IMG/VR virus record: IMGVR_UViG_3300039167_000005 | Span: 1-64,000 of that record | From: a virus | Lineage: Duplodnaviria; Caudoviricetes | Direction: 5' to 3' (one strand) | Length of the DNA: 64,000 nucleotides | Shown: positions 60,785-64,000 of the stretch, in pieces | Layout of the letters: the number at the start of each line of letters is the position of its first letter | Numbering within the stretch: the first letter of the stretch is position 1 | Translations under genes and position numbers: made by a program | Notes under the pieces: model-generated | Told to the model about the DNA's origin: nothing | What the model saw: the letters and a program-made list of their open reading frames with translations, nothing else | Databases searched by the model: none

Positions 60785-61183
60785 TTAAAGTTTAAAGCTA
60801 AAACGATCCTTCATCTTCTGAATGGTAGTTTCAGGAACATTGTGAACAGACTTGCTCCCGTGACGATTCTCCACAACGAGAGAAACTACCCTATAATCGT
60901 ACTTTTTAGCAAGATCGAGGTAAGGTTTCAGTTCCTTCTCTGTTGTGAATGTGTTAGAAACAACTACTCCATGACCGAGCATCATACATGCCTCGGTTTT
61001 GTCTTGACATTCGTTATGAGCTTTGTGCAGAAGGGTCGGGTTGAAATTGTAATTACCTCCACGATCATAGAAATAGTCGTCTGCTTCAAACATAGCGAGG
61101 TTCAGACTTTCTGCAAGGTCGGTCGCAAACGTAGTCTTTCCAGCACCGGCAACCCCACGAATCAGATACAAAGTCTTATTCAT
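60785..61183 (-). CDS. P-loop polynucleotide kinase-like (AAA_33)
   Basis: GVAGAGKTT, EADDYF, VVSNTF, HNVPE. Confidence 0.8.
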   Translation of the reverse strand: MNKTLYLIRGVAGAGKTTFATDLAESLNLAMFEADDYFYDRGGNYNFNPTLLHKAHNECQDKTEACMMLGHGVVVSNTFTTEKELKPYLDLAKKYDYRVVSLVVENRHGSKSVHNVPETTIQKMKDRFSFKL

Positions 61184-62048
61184 TGAAATACTCCTCAATA
61201 ACCTTACGCCGCTCTTGATCGTTCATTTCTTTCCATTCCTCTTTAGAAAACTTCTGAGTGATGAATTCTGCCACACTCCAGAACTCTTCGTCAAGGGATT
61301 CTTTGATTAGGGACGGATTATCAAACAGACTATCCACCCGCTTATCTCCCATCCGCATCAAAGCTTTCTTGCTTAGGTAGTAGTTGGACTTAACCTTCAT
61401 CAGAATTTCCCACGTAAGCAGGTCGCGGATCATCCAACCTTCTACGTCAACGCCCTTCTTCAGATCGAGAATATTTCTGAACGTTGCTACAGCCCAATAA
61501 GGGCGCATAAAATCAAATGTATCCGCTACATCATCCAGTGCAGTCTCTGACCACATGTCACCAGATGTCATGCACCGTGCCCCGATTAGGTAGGCGCCAT
61601 GCACCTCATCAATGATGTGAGGGTCTTGTTCCACACAAATCTCAAACATGAAGGTAATTTGCGGGAAAGTTGAGAAAAGGAGATTTCCTTCCAGAAGCCC
61701 CCTTGCCCATTTAGCATACTGACTGTCCAGTGTACCTGTGGTGCTAACAATAAGTTCGCCATTCCACCAGCGGGCACAAGCAAGATACCCGTTCACTTTA
61801 CGAACAGCGATAACCTCTTTATCAAGAGGGAGGGTAGTTCCATTCTCTTGATAGTTGAATACCTTGGTAAACGGCCAAATCACCTTATTACCTTCATCAT
61901 CCAGAACCATACCGCGAGCATCCAAAAGACGCTCGTCAGTGTGCCAGAGGTTATCCCAGAAGACATTTTTCTTATACTTGTAAATAGAAAGACCATTGGG
62001 GTAGGTTTTCTTTTGTACAAGCTTCTTTTCTACCAGATCGTCGAACAT
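61176..62048 (-). CDS. RNA ligase (T4 Rnl1-like)
   Basis: PFTKVFNY, KVNG motif I, STTGTLDS, FMFEI, EGWMI, MKVKSNYY. Confidence 0.85.
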   Translation of the reverse strand: MFDDLVEKKLVQKKTYPNGLSIYKYKKNVFWDNLWHTDERLLDARGMVLDDEGNKVIWPFTKVFNYQENGTTLPLDKEVIAVRKVNGYLACARWWNGELIVSTTGTLDSQYAKWARGLLEGNLLFSTFPQITFMFEICVEQDPHIIDEVHGAYLIGARCMTSGDMWSETALDDVADTFDFMRPYWAVATFRNILDLKKGVDVEGWMIRDLLTWEILMKVKSNYYLSKKALMRMGDKRVDSLFDNPSLIKESLDEEFWSVAEFITQKFSKEEWKEMNDQERRKVIEEYFNE

Positions 62049-62057
62049 TTAATCCTC

Positions 62058-62600
62058 CTAATGGTGTTTGATAATTTCCTTCTGTAAAAGGATTTCTTTA
62101 ATCTCTTCCCAGCTCCACAACATCATATCACCATCTGGGCGAGCGTCAATACCTACGTTCATAGAACGTCCTCGACCAAACTGGTATGAAGCATGTACGT
62201 GTCCGAATAGATGGAAAGCTCCGTAATTTATCTGCTCCCACTCATAAATAGGATAGTGCAACATCACGACTTTAATTCCATCGACACGAATCGTCTTGTA
62301 ATCCTGTCGGGAACGGAAGAACTTCTTGAAGTCAGGACCAGATAGTTGACGGTCATGGTTCCCATAGACTAGGTGAATGTTTCCTTTGAGTTGAGACAGG
62401 ACTTCAATTGTACGCTCCTTTCCAGCAAAGGATACGTCTCCAAGGAGATACACCTCATCACAAGATGATACTTGAGAATTCCAATTGTCAATTAGCTTCC
62501 GGTCATGCTCTTCAAGTGTTCCTTGGATACGGGTGTTTGGGCAGAACTGTTGAATTTTATTATGTCCCCAATGGGTATCTGATACGAACCATTTAGCCAT
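62058..62600 (-). CDS. Calcineurin-like phosphoesterase
   Basis: SDTHWGH, LLGDV, GNHD, HYP, GHVH. Confidence 0.85.
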   Translation of the reverse strand: MAKWFVSDTHWGHNKIQQFCPNTRIQGTLEEHDRKLIDNWNSQVSSCDEVYLLGDVSFAGKERTIEVLSQLKGNIHLVYGNHDRQLSGPDFKKFFRSRQDYKTIRVDGIKVVMLHYPIYEWEQINYGAFHLFGHVHASYQFGRGRSMNVGIDARPDGDMMLWSWEEIKEILLQKEIIKHH

Positions 62601-62838
62601 TATAAACTCCAAGAAGTAAGGTAGCATTTCCTTTTGTATCCATCTCATATTCCCAAGTTTTACCACGCCTATAGTTGCCAGATTCATACCCTTGCTCAAC
62701 ATCAGGATCGAACCCTACAACGTAAGCTGTACCTCCCTGCGTGTAGTACGAATCCCCAGAAAAATGCTCAACTACTGTTACGTCTGCATTCTGGTCAAAA
62801 TCTTTTAACCACTCAATTAATTCTGATACTTTCATCAA
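62593..62838 (-). CDS. Hypothetical protein
   Basis: GGAGG RBS; its first residues resemble those of 58478-58744. Confidence 0.55.
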   Translation of the reverse strand: MMKVSELIEWLKDFDQNADVTVVEHFSGDSYYTQGGTAYVVGFDPDVEQGYESGNYRRGKTWEYEMDTKGNATLLLGVYNG

Positions 62839-63305
62839 TCCTCCTTAAATTTCTCCACGATTACTCCAAGATTCTTCAAATTCTCAATTCCAGATGTGTC
62901 CCGGTAAGTCTCCTTGTATACTACACGAGAAATGCCAGCCGCTGCAACCATCTCGGAGCACGGCTTACAACAGCTCATGGTAGTGTAAAGCGTGCCACCT
63001 ACCACAGAAACACCCTCCCTGGCCGCACGCAACACAGCGGAAAGTTCCGCGTGGATTGTTTCTTCTTTAGTAACAAGATTTCCTTCTAAATCCGTATACT
63101 CTAGCTCATTGGAAGACCCTGGTGCCAAGCCATTACAACCTCCCAAGATAGTCCCGTTACGGGTGACAATTACCACTCCAACCTTTGCCCTGACTCCTCT
63201 GCTGAGGGAGGCATGAGCCTCCGCACAGGTTAGGTAGCAACAGTCAAGAGATTCTTTACTTGCCACTTTCACCCCGCTTATACTTCTTATACAAACCATA
63301 AGCAA
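62835..63305 (-). CDS. dCMP deaminase
   Basis: RAKVGVVIV...GCNG...HAE...SCCKPC...YRD. Confidence 0.85.
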   Translation of the reverse strand: MLMVCIRSISGVKVASKESLDCCYLTCAEAHASLSRGVRAKVGVVIVTRNGTILGGCNGLAPGSSNELEYTDLEGNLVTKEETIHAELSAVLRAAREGVSVVGGTLYTTMSCCKPCSEMVAAAGISRVVYKETYRDTSGIENLKNLGVIVEKFKED

Positions 63306-63848
63306 TCACAGGGTATCCAAACATCACCATGAAGAATACTAGAGGGTAAAACAGCACTTTAAATGTTGAGTATCCTACAGGATTGTTAGTATGCTCTTGA
63401 TAGTCATCCCACCACTCCTTCGTTGTAGCTTTCATAGACATCAGGAAAATAGTCGTTGCACCAAGCCCGAAACCGACACAGGTGTAAATAAGTAGAATTG
63501 CTAGAATTACAGTAATCATTGATCCTCCAGTTTAATCATTTCATAGTCACATTTGGAGTCCCACTCTTCCGCCCAGTAATTTCCTTCTGAATCATGTCCG
63601 TCCTCGTCAATCTCATCTTCTGGTGGACGATGCACAACATTAACTTTCTCGCAAGTGTGGGTGATTTCACCACAGATGATCTGTTCTACGTCCTCATTCC
63701 AACCATCATCACAGTACATATAGATCATCTCGTCTGCGTACTTGTCTCGCTCTTCTACGTTATTGAAGTAACGAAAATCTCCGTCTTCATATACAAAGAA
63801 GCGATATTCTTTACAAGGTTTACTCTTTCCGTTATAGCTCATTCTCAT
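63256..63848 (-). other. Two hypothetical CDSs (63256-63519 membrane protein, 63516-63848 acidic protein)
   Basis: Overlapping minus-strand ORFs. Confidence 0.6.
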
Positions 63849-64000
63849 TTCCTCCGACTTTGTGTCCCACGGACTGTATATTCACCACTTTCGTTTTTAA
63901 TCTTACCTTTTGTAATCTTTGATGCTTTAACGGTGTACCTACCCTTGCCATAATACTCATCACAAGCATGTTGTGCCTTAGCTCGATCTGAAGTCTTGTA

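Noticed and set aside
1-64000. Genome-wide TAG reassignment
   Set aside because: TAG ends several clear genes (1947, 20949, 23725, 29153, 44010), and long genes are uninterrupted under the standard code.
1-64000. tRNA genes, integrase or repressor, anti-CRISPR with aca
   Set aside because: No cloverleaf or T-arm/CCA signature, tyrosine or serine recombinase, or HTH-associated cassette recognised by eye; a tRNAscan-SE run would be the proper test.

Overview
This window is part of a lytic myovirus genome. Gene order and tail-fibre N-termini resemble the PAK_P1/KPP10/phiPsa374-type Pseudomonas phages (Vandenendeviridae-like); this is recognised from memory, not from a database search. 1-16.2 kb (+): contractile-tail, baseplate and fibre genes, with a programmed -1 frameshift in the tail chaperone and a lysis cassette split by a second fibre module. 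16.2-17.2 kb: a divergent region holding a roughly 470-nt, densely helical, ORF-free minus-strand transcript candidate with its own promoter, the most striking unexplained feature. 17.3-46 kb (+): middle genes for replication and nucleotide metabolism (primase-helicase, family A DNA polymerase, SSB-like protein, exonuclease, ThyA, DHFR, thioredoxin, NrdA interrupted by a 246-nt ORF-less group I intron, NrdB, glutaredoxin), plus two HNH-type and one GIY-YIG free-standing endonuclease. 46-51.5 kb (+): early region with tandem sigma70 promoters. 51.5-52.7 kb: non-coding convergence zone, probably the genome terminus or origin. 52.7-64 kb (-): accessory arm with an SF2-helicase-like protein, a nucleotidyltransferase, an RNA-repair trio, dCMP deaminase and many small unknowns. 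I saw no tRNA, rRNA, CRISPR array, integrase or reverse transcriptase.
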